DNA of 64,000 nucleotides from Candidatus Algichlamydia australiensis (GTDB lineage Bacteria; Chlamydiota; Chlamydiia; Chlamydiales; JAJFMI01): NCBI GenBank assembly GCA_033977065.1, contig JAXCHI010000003.1, positions 480,001 to 544,000 of the forward strand, read 5' to 3'. Shown piece by piece: positions 49,336 to 58,911 of this stretch (position 1 is its first letter; each line of letters starts with the position of its first letter). The notes under the pieces were generated by a model. It saw only the letters and a program-made list of their open reading frames with translations, ran no database searches and was not told where the DNA came from. The position numbers and the translations under genes were made by a program.

Positions 49336-52300
49336 GCTTTGTTGTCAATTTAAGTACAAGATGGAGTGGAAATCGTTACTGTAGTAACGGATCTGCTCCC
49401 TCTTTTTGTTCCGAAAGTGTTAAATCAATTGAGAAAATACTTGATCAAAATACGATTTGCATTCACAATGTAAAAGAAATTAAAAAGGTTTATAAAAAAA
49501 TAGATGGTTTAGGAAAATCATATATTGTTCAATTAATAGAGAAAAAAATTAATTCTTTATTTTCTGAGAAAGGTGTTAGTGCAGATAATTTAATCTTTAT
49601 TTATTTTTTACAGAAATTTGTAGGTGCAGAACAGACGGTCAAAGCAAAAGTTGAAAAAGAAGTGGGAGCAATTGACTCACTTTTAAAAGAAAAAATTCAG
49701 AGTATTGCTAATAAATCTTTAGAAATTGAGAAGTTAGCTAGCAAGATACCTTGTTGTATTTCAATCGATCATTTTGAAGAAGATATAAGCTTTCTGCTTG
49801 GGTCATTCGAGCAAAATGAAAAAATTACCCGCATCCTGGATAGAAAAAGAAGGAGAATTCAAGCTCACCAAGAAAAGAAACAGAAGATTCAAAACAGAAT
49901 GGTAGAGTTAGCAGTGGGTTCAGAAGGCACCGAAAGGAACTGCTCGCAGTATCTTTACTATCTCCTAGATCATGGATATGTGACACTTTACGACCATGTA
50001 CTAAACATGAGAGCTTTTTCTACAGCAAGTGAACGAAGAAGTGCAGTTAGAAGGATTTCGGTTTCTGAGTTGTCTCAAATTGTTTTAGAAATGAGAGAAG
50101 CAATCATCAAAAAAGTTGAGTCTTCAATTTCAGGTAGTGAACAAGAGGTATTGCTTCTTTTAGGCGGCACAAGATCAGGCAAGTCAACTACCCTTAGCTT
50201 TCTTAGACGTGATGAGATGAAGCTAAATAGCGATCAGAACTACGAGCCGATTGACGGGAGAGACACAATTATAGGTCATGATGGGGCCGCGTCTTATACT
50301 TTTTTACCGAATATTGAAGTTGTCGACAACTTAATTATAGTAGATTTTCCCGGTTTTAGTGACACCAAGGGACGAATAATTGCTCTAGGAGCTGAGTTTG
50401 CTCTCAAAGCTCTTGTTGAAAAGTACAACCCAAAAATTCTCGTTATCGAATCAGTCACAAACACTGATGATGGCTACGAAGCGATTAGGCGACTTCGAAC
50501 GCGGCTAGATCGTATCCTTGATAAAAAGGAAAACTGTTTGCTAGGGCTTACAAAATACACCAAAAAAGATGCATATATTAGACTTAGAGAAATAGAAAAC
50601 AGACAGAGGGATGAGTTATTGAAACCAAGTTCCGAAGAGTCAGAGCTCGAGGGTGCAATTGGAGCACTGTCATCTCTTAATATTCCTGACCTGCAGCCAA
50701 ACATCGAAGCAAAAAAAGAAGAGCTTGCAGCTCTTAGAAGAAAGAGAGAGGAGAGACAGATTCAAGAGTTACCAGAAACTAAAGAGAAAGCTCAGTGTAG
50801 AGCAGCTTTAGATAAAGCTGAACAAGAGCTTTTGGCAGAGGCTGGGTTGAAAAAAATTGTTAGATTAGATGATTTGGAGGACGAAAAGTGTTTAAAGGAG
50901 TGCCTAAAAGCCGTTTTCCAGCTCAGTCAAGGCCTCAGGGTGGCTAGCAAGAGTAGGGTTTCTCCAAGCGATAAATTATTTTTGGAAAAAAGAATGACTG
51001 ATGAGTTAACTGCTATAGTCAAAAGCGAGGAAAGTTATTTTAGAGAGTCTACAGACAGTGTAAAAACATTTGAAAGAAATGTGCGAGACTTTAGTTTGGT
51101 CAGAACAGTTTTATCGCATTCGCATCCTGAAATAGGAAATTTTTTGCACTTACCAGAAAACGAACCGAGCATTGTGCATAATTTCGATAAATCAATTGTT
51201 GAAGATTGTATAGAAAAGTATATTAAGTATATTACTAGTCAAGTCCATATTTACCAAACAAGAATTGAGTTAGAAGCTTTAGAGAGTAAAGTTTCAAAAA
51301 AGAGTCTGGTTAAAACCAAAAAAAAATTGAATGAGTTGCAAAAATATGTGCTTAACTTATTAGGCGAAACTTTCGATTCTGAAAGACATGCAGACGAGAA
51401 ATGGAAAAAGTTTCAAAATGATAATTTGGTAGCAATTAAAAATTTGGAAGAGGATCTAGAGCGAAAATTAGGACTTACTGGATTGACCAAGTTTATATCT
51501 AAAGTACCATTGAACATACCTTTTGGTATTCATCGGTATAGGGTGAATCAAGAAAAAAGGAGACAAGTCGAACTTCTTTCTCGAAGGAAAGCAGAAGAGT
51601 ACATTGATCAGGAGTACAGGTTGCTAGATGAAACATTAACATCCCTAATAAAATTAAGAGGTATAGAAAGGCTAATCAAGTCTCAAGATGCAATTGATAA
51701 GGTTTATGGGACTTTTCGTTTGTCGTTTAAAAGAATGAGTGATTTTGCGAGTTCAATAAAGGCTAGGGTTGATGAGGTAAGAGGTATTTATGGAAGTGAA
51801 GATTGGGACGTTCGCGTCCGCTCTTTGCACAAATATTTTAAAAATTTTTTTGAAATGGTTAGGGATAAATACATTCCCTATTTTGGAGAGGCTTGCTTGC
51901 TAAGTTTATTGACCTATATTGAACAGGACAAGAATATTGATTTTATTCAGATCGACACTGATTCTCATGGCATCCAAAGGTTGCTGGAAAAAAGAGGGTT
52001 GAGCGAAAGTAAAGATTGTCTAGTTATTAGAAAAAATAATAATATTTTTTTGATAAACCGATGTTTTGTTCAAGCTGATAATTCGCAAGTTGGTACATAC
52101 TTTTCAATAGATAAAACCGCAAGAGGAATTTTAGAAAAAGCATCTAGTTTAAAAGACGTTTTAGAAGGTAATAAAGAAATAAAAAGAGAGAGAAAAATAG
52201 GCATATTAGACACACCTAATCTCCCCTCTTATGAAGAGATGGCTAGGGTTGAACAAGCGTTTGAATTGCGCGCAAGTGGCAAGGGAGACGTTGAAAAAAT

Positions 52301-53018
52301 CGATTTTTTATCTTTTAAGGGACTTAAACCAGAGGTAGCTAATATAGCTAAGAGTTATTTTTCAGACTTTACTCGATTAGAAGAGGTCGAGTATGGACCT
52401 AACGAGTTAGTAGCAACAGCAAATTTAGCTGCTTCTCGTGCTGCGCTCGCCTCTACATTGGCTTGCATATTTGACGCCACAGCTGAGGCAAAAGAGGCTA
52501 CAAAAGTGGCAGATGAAGCTCGTAGTGAATATGCGTCTGCTTCTTCACCAAACGATATTAATTATGAAGCTTTAGGTAGAGCTGCAGCATGCGCCGGAGC
52601 TATTAAAAATTCTCAATCTTACAATCAATTATGTGCGGATCTTGAAATTCAACTTAAATCAGCTTACAGAGCATACATTCGTGAATTACAAATAGGTCGT
52701 GCTATACAAGTTATTAATAAATTAAGAGTTGATCCAGGTAAATGGATAGAATTTTCTATGGTCGATAGGACTTTTGAGTTAGATCAAAAGGTTGGAAATG
52801 ATCCTCTGAAAATAGACAGGGTGGTACTTACAAATGTAAAAAATACAAAGCTTAAAGCTGAGTTGGTGAATTCTTTATCTAGCGATCAATTAGAAATCTC
52901 TGATTTGTGGAAAGATTTTTCTAAAGTAGTTCAAGAATTAGATATAAATCTCCAAGCTTCGTTGTCAAAAGCGCTATTATCTGCTCTTATTTTGAGAGAA
53001 TGGCCTAACTTAACCTAG
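49332..53018 (+). CDS. Large helical protein with a TRAFAC-type GTPase domain, paralog 2
   Basis: GGTRSGKST (50163-50189), SYTFLP, VDFPGFSD, GLTKY; GAGGAGGT SD and ATGA overlap. Confidence 0.7.
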   Translation: MSFVVNLSTRWSGNRYCSNGSAPSFCSESVKSIEKILDQNTICIHNVKEIKKVYKKIDGLGKSYIVQLIEKKINSLFSEKGVSADNLIFIYFLQKFVGAEQTVKAKVEKEVGAIDSLLKEKIQSIANKSLEIEKLASKIPCCISIDHFEEDISFLLGSFEQNEKITRILDRKRRRIQAHQEKKQKIQNRMVELAVGSEGTERNCSQYLYYLLDHGYVTLYDHVLNMRAFSTASERRSAVRRISVSELSQIVLEMREAIIKKVESSISGSEQEVLLLLGGTRSGKSTTLSFLRRDEMKLNSDQNYEPIDGRDTIIGHDGAASYTFLPNIEVVDNLIIVDFPGFSDTKGRIIALGAEFALKALVEKYNPKILVIESVTNTDDGYEAIRRLRTRLDRILDKKENCLLGLTKYTKKDAYIRLREIENRQRDELLKPSSEESELEGAIGALSSLNIPDLQPNIEAKKEELAALRRKREERQIQELPETKEKAQCRAALDKAEQELLAEAGLKKIVRLDDLEDEKCLKECLKAVFQLSQGLRVASKSRVSPSDKLFLEKRMTDELTAIVKSEESYFRESTDSVKTFERNVRDFSLVRTVLSHSHPEIGNFLHLPENEPSIVHNFDKSIVEDCIEKYIKYITSQVHIYQTRIELEALESKVSKKSLVKTKKKLNELQKYVLNLLGETFDSERHADEKWKKFQNDNLVAIKNLEEDLERKLGLTGLTKFISKVPLNIPFGIHRYRVNQEKRRQVELLSRRKAEEYIDQEYRLLDETLTSLIKLRGIERLIKSQDAIDKVYGTFRLSFKRMSDFASSIKARVDEVRGIYGSEDWDVRVRSLHKYFKNFFEMVRDKYIPYFGEACLLSLLTYIEQDKNIDFIQIDTDSHGIQRLLEKRGLSESKDCLVIRKNNNIFLINRCFVQADNSQVGTYFSIDKTARGILEKASSLKDVLEGNKEIKRERKIGILDTPNLPSYEEMARVEQAFELRASGKGDVEKIDFLSFKGLKPEVANIAKSYFSDFTRLEEVEYGPNELVATANLAASRAALASTLACIFDATAEAKEATKVADEARSEYASASSPNDINYEALGRAAACAGAIKNSQSYNQLCADLEIQLKSAYRAYIRELQIGRAIQVINKLRVDPGKWIEFSMVDRTFELDQKVGNDPLKIDRVVLTNVKNTKLKAELVNSLSSDQLEISDLWKDFSKVVQELDINLQASLSKALLSALILREWPNLT

Positions 53019-53119
53019 AGATATTAGGTAAAAGTTGTAACGCTTTGCAGATATTAGCTTAAAAAAAGTAAGATGATTCTAACGATAGTTCATGCCATGA
53101 GGCTCTAAGGGTACAGGTG

Positions 53120-53731
53120 TCAAGAGATTGATATATCGATTGCAGCAATCCATTGCGTGAGATGTGCGTTTTTGGGATTTTGTTGCGCTTCTTTGTGCAG
53201 GTTTTTCAGCATTTCAATGAAAGGAAAGGGAAACCAGCTCATGCCAGCGTGTTTTACAAGATAGAAGTGAAAGGAGTGGAGCTCTCCTGGTGGATAAGAT
53301 TCAAAAAGAGTTTGCAGGTTGCCAACGGTTTCGAGTAGTTTGGGTTCGATCAGGGCGCCTGTCTCAGTAAGTTGGTACAGCTCTTCCCAAATTGAGGAGA
53401 GGCGTTCAATAAATAGGGGGTTCTCACTCTCATCGCGCTCCTCTAGTTGTGAAAGATATTTTTTGAGTTTTCGCAGGTCATCGCGGATCGCTTCTGTATC
53501 TTTTTTGAGCAGATTCCCCTCTTTTTCCGACGTGAGGATATGAAAAACTTTTTTTATTAATCCGGTAACCCAGGCAAAAGGTACGCTCGGTTTTCGATCC
53601 CTCTCCTCTCTTGAATGAAAGTAGCGTTTGCGGATTGCTCTTTGCTCTTGTGAGGAAGAGAGACGGACTTTTTCCTGCTCAGATCGATCGGGTGGTGGGA
53701 TTGGGGGAACGGGGCCATCCATCCCTTCCAA
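53120..53731 (-). CDS. Hypothetical protein
   Basis: 203-codon ORF with core-like codon usage, Pro-rich N-terminus, W.PFPFIEML motif. Confidence 0.65.
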   Translation of the reverse strand: MEGMDGPVPPIPPPDRSEQEKVRLSSSQEQRAIRKRYFHSREERDRKPSVPFAWVTGLIKKVFHILTSEKEGNLLKKDTEAIRDDLRKLKKYLSQLEERDESENPLFIERLSSIWEELYQLTETGALIEPKLLETVGNLQTLFESYPPGELHSFHFYLVKHAGMSWFPFPFIEMLKNLHKEAQQNPKNAHLTQWIAAIDISIS

Positions 53732-53778
53732 TTAGAGCAAAATTCAAATTATAATTCTAATGTTTTGGCTCTTTGTCA

Positions 53779-53807
53779 TTGACTTTGCACTATTTTTTAG
53801 GTATTAT
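53779..53807 (+). promoter_or_regulatory. uhpC promoter
   Basis: TTGACT-N17-TATTAT upstream of GGGAG and GTG 53839. Confidence 0.55.
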
Positions 53808-53838
53808 AAGACCACTCCAAGGGAGTAGTTTTTTCGTT

Positions 53839-55176
53839 GTGAATTTATTAAATTTTTTTAAACCAGCCCCTCATATTGATGAAATCGAGGATCCGAAGAA
53901 GGTAAAAGAGAAGTACCGCTACTGGCGGATGCGCACCTTCATTGGGATGTATATTGGCTATATTTTTTACTACTTTACAAGAAAAAGTTTGATAATAGCG
54001 ATGCCGGTCATGATTCATGATTTGGGATTTACAAAAGTGCAGCTGGGAATCTTAGGTAGTGTCCTCTATGTAAGCTACGGGATGAGCAAATTTGTGAGTG
54101 GGGTTGCTGCTGACAGGTCGAACCCGCGCTATTTCATGGGTTTTGGGCTCATTTTAACGGGTATATGTAATATATTTTTTGGTTTCTCCTCCTCACTTAT
54201 GCTCTTTACTGTTTTTTGGGGGCTCAATGGCTGGTTCCAGGGATGGGGATGGCCTCCATGTGCGCGCTTGCTCACACACTGGTACTCTCAAAATGAGCGC
54301 GGCTCTTGGTGGGGGGTGTGGAATACTTCTCATAATATCGGGGGGTTAGCAATTGCCTTTTTAGGAGCTATTGCAGCAGCTCATTTTGGCTGGCGCGCTG
54401 CTATGTTTTTACCAGGCGTTCTCTGTGTTGCTGTGGGAGTTTTTCTTATCGCTTGTTTGCGCGACACACCGCAATCTCTCGGTCTGCCCCCAATTGAAAA
54501 ATTTCGTAATGATGAGACGGAGTTGGCAGGGCCAGAAGAGAAAAAAGATCTTTCTGTTAAGGAAATTCTTTTCGAATATGTACTGAAAAATCGCTTCATT
54601 TGGATTTTAGCTATTGCCTACTTTTTTGTTTATGTTGTGCGTACAGCTGTTAATGATTGGACGGCTGTCTATCTGTGCGAGGCAAAAAATTACTCACTTT
54701 TGACGGCGGGTTATTGCGTAGGAATGTTTGAGATTGGAGGGATTTTTGGTTCACTCGCTTCAGGAGCCATGTCCGATCGGATCTTTAAGGGCAAGCGAGG
54801 GCCTGTAAATGTGATCTTCACAGCAGGAGTTTTTGGTACCTTCCTTCTCCTCTGGTTTTTCCCAGGCGTACACCACGTCTTGCACATGGGAATTCTCTTT
54901 TTGATGGGCTTTTTTGTCTTTGGTCCTCAGATGCTGATTGGTATGGCAGCAGCAGAGCTCTCTCATAAAAAGGCGGCAGGGACAGCAACAGGATTTTGTG
55001 GCTGGTTTGCCTATTTTGGTGCGGCAGCAGCATGTGTGCCAATTGGGATGATTATCGACGCGTATAGCTGGACAGGGTACCTCTCCGTAATTGGTGTCTG
55101 CTCGATAAGTGCGCTGTTGCTTCTTCTTCCTCTCTGGTCTGCTAGCCGATCTAAAGCTGTTGCAGCGGGCGCATAA
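53839..55176 (+). CDS. uhpC: Hexose-phosphate MFS transporter
   Basis: YFTRK, SKFVSG..ADRSNPRYF, QGWGWPPC, WNTSHN.GG, LRDTPQSLGLPPIE, GPQMLIG. Confidence 0.95.
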   Translation: MNLLNFFKPAPHIDEIEDPKKVKEKYRYWRMRTFIGMYIGYIFYYFTRKSLIIAMPVMIHDLGFTKVQLGILGSVLYVSYGMSKFVSGVAADRSNPRYFMGFGLILTGICNIFFGFSSSLMLFTVFWGLNGWFQGWGWPPCARLLTHWYSQNERGSWWGVWNTSHNIGGLAIAFLGAIAAAHFGWRAAMFLPGVLCVAVGVFLIACLRDTPQSLGLPPIEKFRNDETELAGPEEKKDLSVKEILFEYVLKNRFIWILAIAYFFVYVVRTAVNDWTAVYLCEAKNYSLLTAGYCVGMFEIGGIFGSLASGAMSDRIFKGKRGPVNVIFTAGVFGTFLLLWFFPGVHHVLHMGILFLMGFFVFGPQMLIGMAAAELSHKKAAGTATGFCGWFAYFGAAAACVPIGMIIDAYSWTGYLSVIGVCSISALLLLLPLWSASRSKAVAAGA

Positions 55177-55196
55177 ATCCGCTAAGATAGTTTTTA

Positions 55197-58100
55197 ATGT
55201 CTTATGTTTCTCTTCACACCCACTCCCAGTATTCTATTCTAGATTCTAGTGCTTCGGTCAAAGATTTGGCTGGGCGCGCCAAAGAGTTTGGTATGAGCGC
55301 ACTCGCTTTGACCGACCAAGGCAATATGTTTGGCGCGGTAGAGTTTTTTAAGGCGTGCAAAGGTGAGGGGATCAAGCCTATTATTGGTTTAGAGATCGCT
55401 TTGGCACCGCGCTCGTGTAGAGAAAAGAAACGAATGCCGGGTGAGGCATCTGGTTATCCAGTTCTTCTTCTTGCCAAAAACCAGAAGGGGTATCAAAATC
55501 TTTGCAAGCTGAGTTCGATCGGCTTTTTAGAGGGTTTTTACTACACGCCACGCATCGACTGGGAGACTTTAGCTGCGCATCATGAGGGATTGATCTGTCT
55601 CTCTGGTCCCACGTACGGAAAAATTGCTTCGCTCGTTTTTCAGGAGAAAGAGGAGGAGATTCGCCCTTTCATAGATCTTTTTGGGAAGGACTTCTATTTT
55701 GAATTGCAGCGCCATGAGATGGCGGATCTAACCGCGATGGAGGAAGAGAGTTGGGTGGTGCGTGCTCATCGCGAGTATATTGAAAAACAGAAAACTTTAG
55801 AGGCGCGACTGCTTCATCTTGCAAAAGAGTGGGATGTGCCGATTGTCGCAACAAACGGTTCGCACTATCTCAATGCTGATGATTGGAAGGCGCACGAAAT
55901 TCTCATGAATGTGCAGTCGGGCGAGCCGTGCGAGATTTGGGAAAAAGATGCGATGGGTCGCAATAGGCGTCGCATTCCCAACCCCAAGCGCAAGATTGCA
56001 CCGACACATGAGCTCTATTTCAAATCTCCAGATGAGATGGCAGAGCGTTTTTCCGATCTGCCCGAGGCGATTGCAAACACGCAAGAGATTGCCGAGAAGT
56101 GCCAGTTTGAAATGGATTTTAATGCGCGCTTTTACCCTGTCTTTGTTCCACCAGAGTTAGAAGGAAAGGAGATTAGCGATGAGGAGCGCAAAAAAGCTTC
56201 AGAGGAGTATCTGCGCAGGCTGTGTGAAGAGGGGATTCCACACCGCTACACAGAGGCGCGTCTTGCCAAAGTAGCAGAGAAGTATCCAGAGCGCGACCCA
56301 ATAGAAGTGGTGCGTGAGCGCTTAGATTATGAGCTGGAAATTATTATTTCAAAGGGCATGTGCGACTACCTTTTGATTGTTTATGATTTCATTCATTGGG
56401 CCAAATCGCAAAAAATTCCTGTAGGACCTGGTCGCGGCTCAGGTGCGGGCTCAATTATTTTGTATTTGATTGGGATTACAGATATTGAACCGCTGCGCTT
56501 TAACCTCTTCTTTGAGCGCTTTATTAACCCGGAACGCCTCTCCTATCCCGATATTGACGTTGACATCTGCATGGATCGCCGCTCAGAGGTAATCGACTAC
56601 ACGATCCAAAAATATGGCAAGGAAAAAGTTGCGCAGATCATCACGTTTGGCACGATGAAGGCAAAAATGGCGGTTAAAGATGTGGGCCGCGTTCTCAGTG
56701 TGCCCCTGACAAAAGTCAATGAGATTGCCAAGTTAATTCCTGAGGATCCGGGAATGACTTTAACGCGCGCGCTTGAGATCGATGCGGACCTGCGTCGCAT
56801 GCGAGATGAGGATGAAGAGACAAAGCGCCTGATCGATTTGAGTTTAAAACTCGAAGGTTCGATACGCAATACGGGGATTCATGCTGCAGGTTTAATTATT
56901 TGTGGAGACTCTCTTACTGATCACATCCCTGTTTGCACTGCAAAAGATGCCGATATGGTCGCGACCCAGTATTCGATGAAGCCAGTCGAAGCAGTCGGAA
57001 TGCTCAAGATCGACTTTTTGGGATTAAAGACGTTAACGTCGATTCAAAAAGCAGTTGACGCTGTCTCTGCGAATACGGGAAGAGAGATTGATTGGGTCGA
57101 CTTGCCACTTGATGATACAAACGCCTTTTCTCTGCTCAACCAAGGCAAGACGATGGGGCTCTTCCAGCTTGAATCGGGCGGTATGCAGGACTTAGCGAAA
57201 CACTTGCACATAGATAAATTTGAAGAGATCATTGCGGTGGGCGCGCTCTATCGCCCAGGTCCGATGGAGATGATTCCCTCTTTCATCGCGCGTAAACACA
57301 AGCGCGAGCCAATTGAGTATGACCATCCTTGGATGGAAAATATTTTAAAAGAGACCTACGGCATCATGGTTTACCAAGAGCAGGTCATGCAAATTGCGCA
57401 GCACCTTGCCGGCTACAGCCTCGGTGAGGGGGATCTTTTACGCCGTGCGATGGGGAAAAAAGATCACGCAGAGATGGAGCGCCAGAAGGTCAAATTTCAA
57501 GAAGGTGCTGTAGAAAAGGGAATCTCAAAAGAGCTTGCCGGTGCAATTTTTTCCAAAGTAGAAAAGTTTGCTTCCTACGGCTTCAACAAGTCACACGCGG
57601 CAGCCTACGGATACTTAAGTTATGTAACGGCATTTTTGAAAGCCTCTTATCCGCGTGAGTGGATGGCGGCTTTGATGACTTGTGATGTGCATGACATTAC
57701 AAAAGTGGCCAAACATATCCGCGAATCGGAGAGCATGGGAATCCCGATTCTCTCTCCTGATATTAATGAGGCGGGAGCAGAGTTTGCAGCCACGCCAAGC
57801 GGAATCCGTTTTGCTATGTCGGCAATCAAGGGTGTAGGCAGCGGTGTTGTCGAAGCGATTGTTGAAGAGCGCAGAGAGAATGGATCTTTTGAATCTCTCT
57901 ACGACTGCTTGTCGCGCATTGACATTAAGCGCGCAAACAAAAAGGCCTTTTTGCATCTGATTGAGGCGGGAGCATTTGATTTCACTAAGTGGTCGCGTGC
58001 TGAGTTGCGCGCTAGCTTAGAGCCAATCTATGAGATGGCATCGCGTGAGCAGAAAGAAAAAGCAAAAGGGGTTATGGACCTCTTCTCTACCTTTGATGAT

Positions 58101-58886
58101 CAGGCAAGTCAATCTTTTCTTAAACCGCCTGCGGATGTTATGCCCGATGCTAAAAGCGATATTTTAGTGAAGGAGAAGGAGATAATGGGATTTTATTTGA
58201 GTGGTCATCCGATGGATGAGTATCGCGATCTTCTGCCCAAGCTCTCATGCTCACCTTTTGAAAGAGTGAAAGGAGCCGGGCACTCCGATGTTTTTCGTAT
58301 TGCTTGCATTGTGGATACAGTTCGCGTGATGATCTCCCAAAGAAATCAAAGAAAGTTTGCAATCCTTACGATTAGTGATGGAGTGGAGCATTTTGAAATT
58401 CCCATTTGGTCTGACCTTTATGAAGTAAAAGCTCCTCTGCTTGTAGAAAATCAGCTGCTCTATGCTGTTGTCCAGGTAGATCGTCGCGACGGCGACTTTA
58501 GATTGAGTTGTCGCTGGCTGGATGATCTGACCCATGTGGGAGAGGAGACGATTCGTGCTGCCGATGCTGCCTACGATCAAGCAAAGAGCAATCCGATTCC
58601 TGATAAGCGCCGCCCGAAGCCGAAAGAGGAGAAAAAAGAGGAGAAGAAAAACGCAATTGAGATCCATCTCGATGCAGATGTAATGCGGCTTAGCCACGTT
58701 CTCAAGTTAAAACAAATTTTTCATGAACACGCTGGAGGGGACGATGTGCAGTTGCGCTTTTTTTCTGGAGAAAATCGCGTAGGTTCGATTGAGATTGATG
58801 AGGGTTGGGGTGTCACATGGGATCCCGAAATTGAAAAAAAGATTACTCAACTCTCCTTTTTTCAGAAGGTTGTGCAAAAGACTTGA
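55197..58886 (+). CDS. dnaE: DNA polymerase III alpha subunit
   Basis: LHTHSQYSILD, GPGRGSGAGS, FERFINPER, PDIDVD, YGFNKSHAAAY. Confidence 0.98.
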   Translation: MSYVSLHTHSQYSILDSSASVKDLAGRAKEFGMSALALTDQGNMFGAVEFFKACKGEGIKPIIGLEIALAPRSCREKKRMPGEASGYPVLLLAKNQKGYQNLCKLSSIGFLEGFYYTPRIDWETLAAHHEGLICLSGPTYGKIASLVFQEKEEEIRPFIDLFGKDFYFELQRHEMADLTAMEEESWVVRAHREYIEKQKTLEARLLHLAKEWDVPIVATNGSHYLNADDWKAHEILMNVQSGEPCEIWEKDAMGRNRRRIPNPKRKIAPTHELYFKSPDEMAERFSDLPEAIANTQEIAEKCQFEMDFNARFYPVFVPPELEGKEISDEERKKASEEYLRRLCEEGIPHRYTEARLAKVAEKYPERDPIEVVRERLDYELEIIISKGMCDYLLIVYDFIHWAKSQKIPVGPGRGSGAGSIILYLIGITDIEPLRFNLFFERFINPERLSYPDIDVDICMDRRSEVIDYTIQKYGKEKVAQIITFGTMKAKMAVKDVGRVLSVPLTKVNEIAKLIPEDPGMTLTRALEIDADLRRMRDEDEETKRLIDLSLKLEGSIRNTGIHAAGLIICGDSLTDHIPVCTAKDADMVATQYSMKPVEAVGMLKIDFLGLKTLTSIQKAVDAVSANTGREIDWVDLPLDDTNAFSLLNQGKTMGLFQLESGGMQDLAKHLHIDKFEEIIAVGALYRPGPMEMIPSFIARKHKREPIEYDHPWMENILKETYGIMVYQEQVMQIAQHLAGYSLGEGDLLRRAMGKKDHAEMERQKVKFQEGAVEKGISKELAGAIFSKVEKFASYGFNKSHAAAYGYLSYVTAFLKASYPREWMAALMTCDVHDITKVAKHIRESESMGIPILSPDINEAGAEFAATPSGIRFAMSAIKGVGSGVVEAIVEERRENGSFESLYDCLSRIDIKRANKKAFLHLIEAGAFDFTKWSRAELRASLEPIYEMASREQKEKAKGVMDLFSTFDDQASQSFLKPPADVMPDAKSDILVKEKEIMGFYLSGHPMDEYRDLLPKLSCSPFERVKGAGHSDVFRIACIVDTVRVMISQRNQRKFAILTISDGVEHFEIPIWSDLYEVKAPLLVENQLLYAVVQVDRRDGDFRLSCRWLDDLTHVGEETIRAADAAYDQAKSNPIPDKRRPKPKEEKKEEKKNAIEIHLDADVMRLSHVLKLKQIFHEHAGGDDVQLRFFSGENRVGSIEIDEGWGVTWDPEIEKKITQLSFFQKVVQKT

Positions 58887-58911
58887 ATTGTGTCATAATA
58901 AGTCTTCTATT

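Noticed and set aside
53085..53110. TTCATGCCATGAGGCTCTAA as a possible IS end at the right island border
   Set aside because: No matching partner found at the left border and no transposase remnant
55900..56200. Extra segments in the DnaE PHP region as a possible intein
   Set aside because: Short, no intein terminal or endonuclease motifs, and overall length is normal
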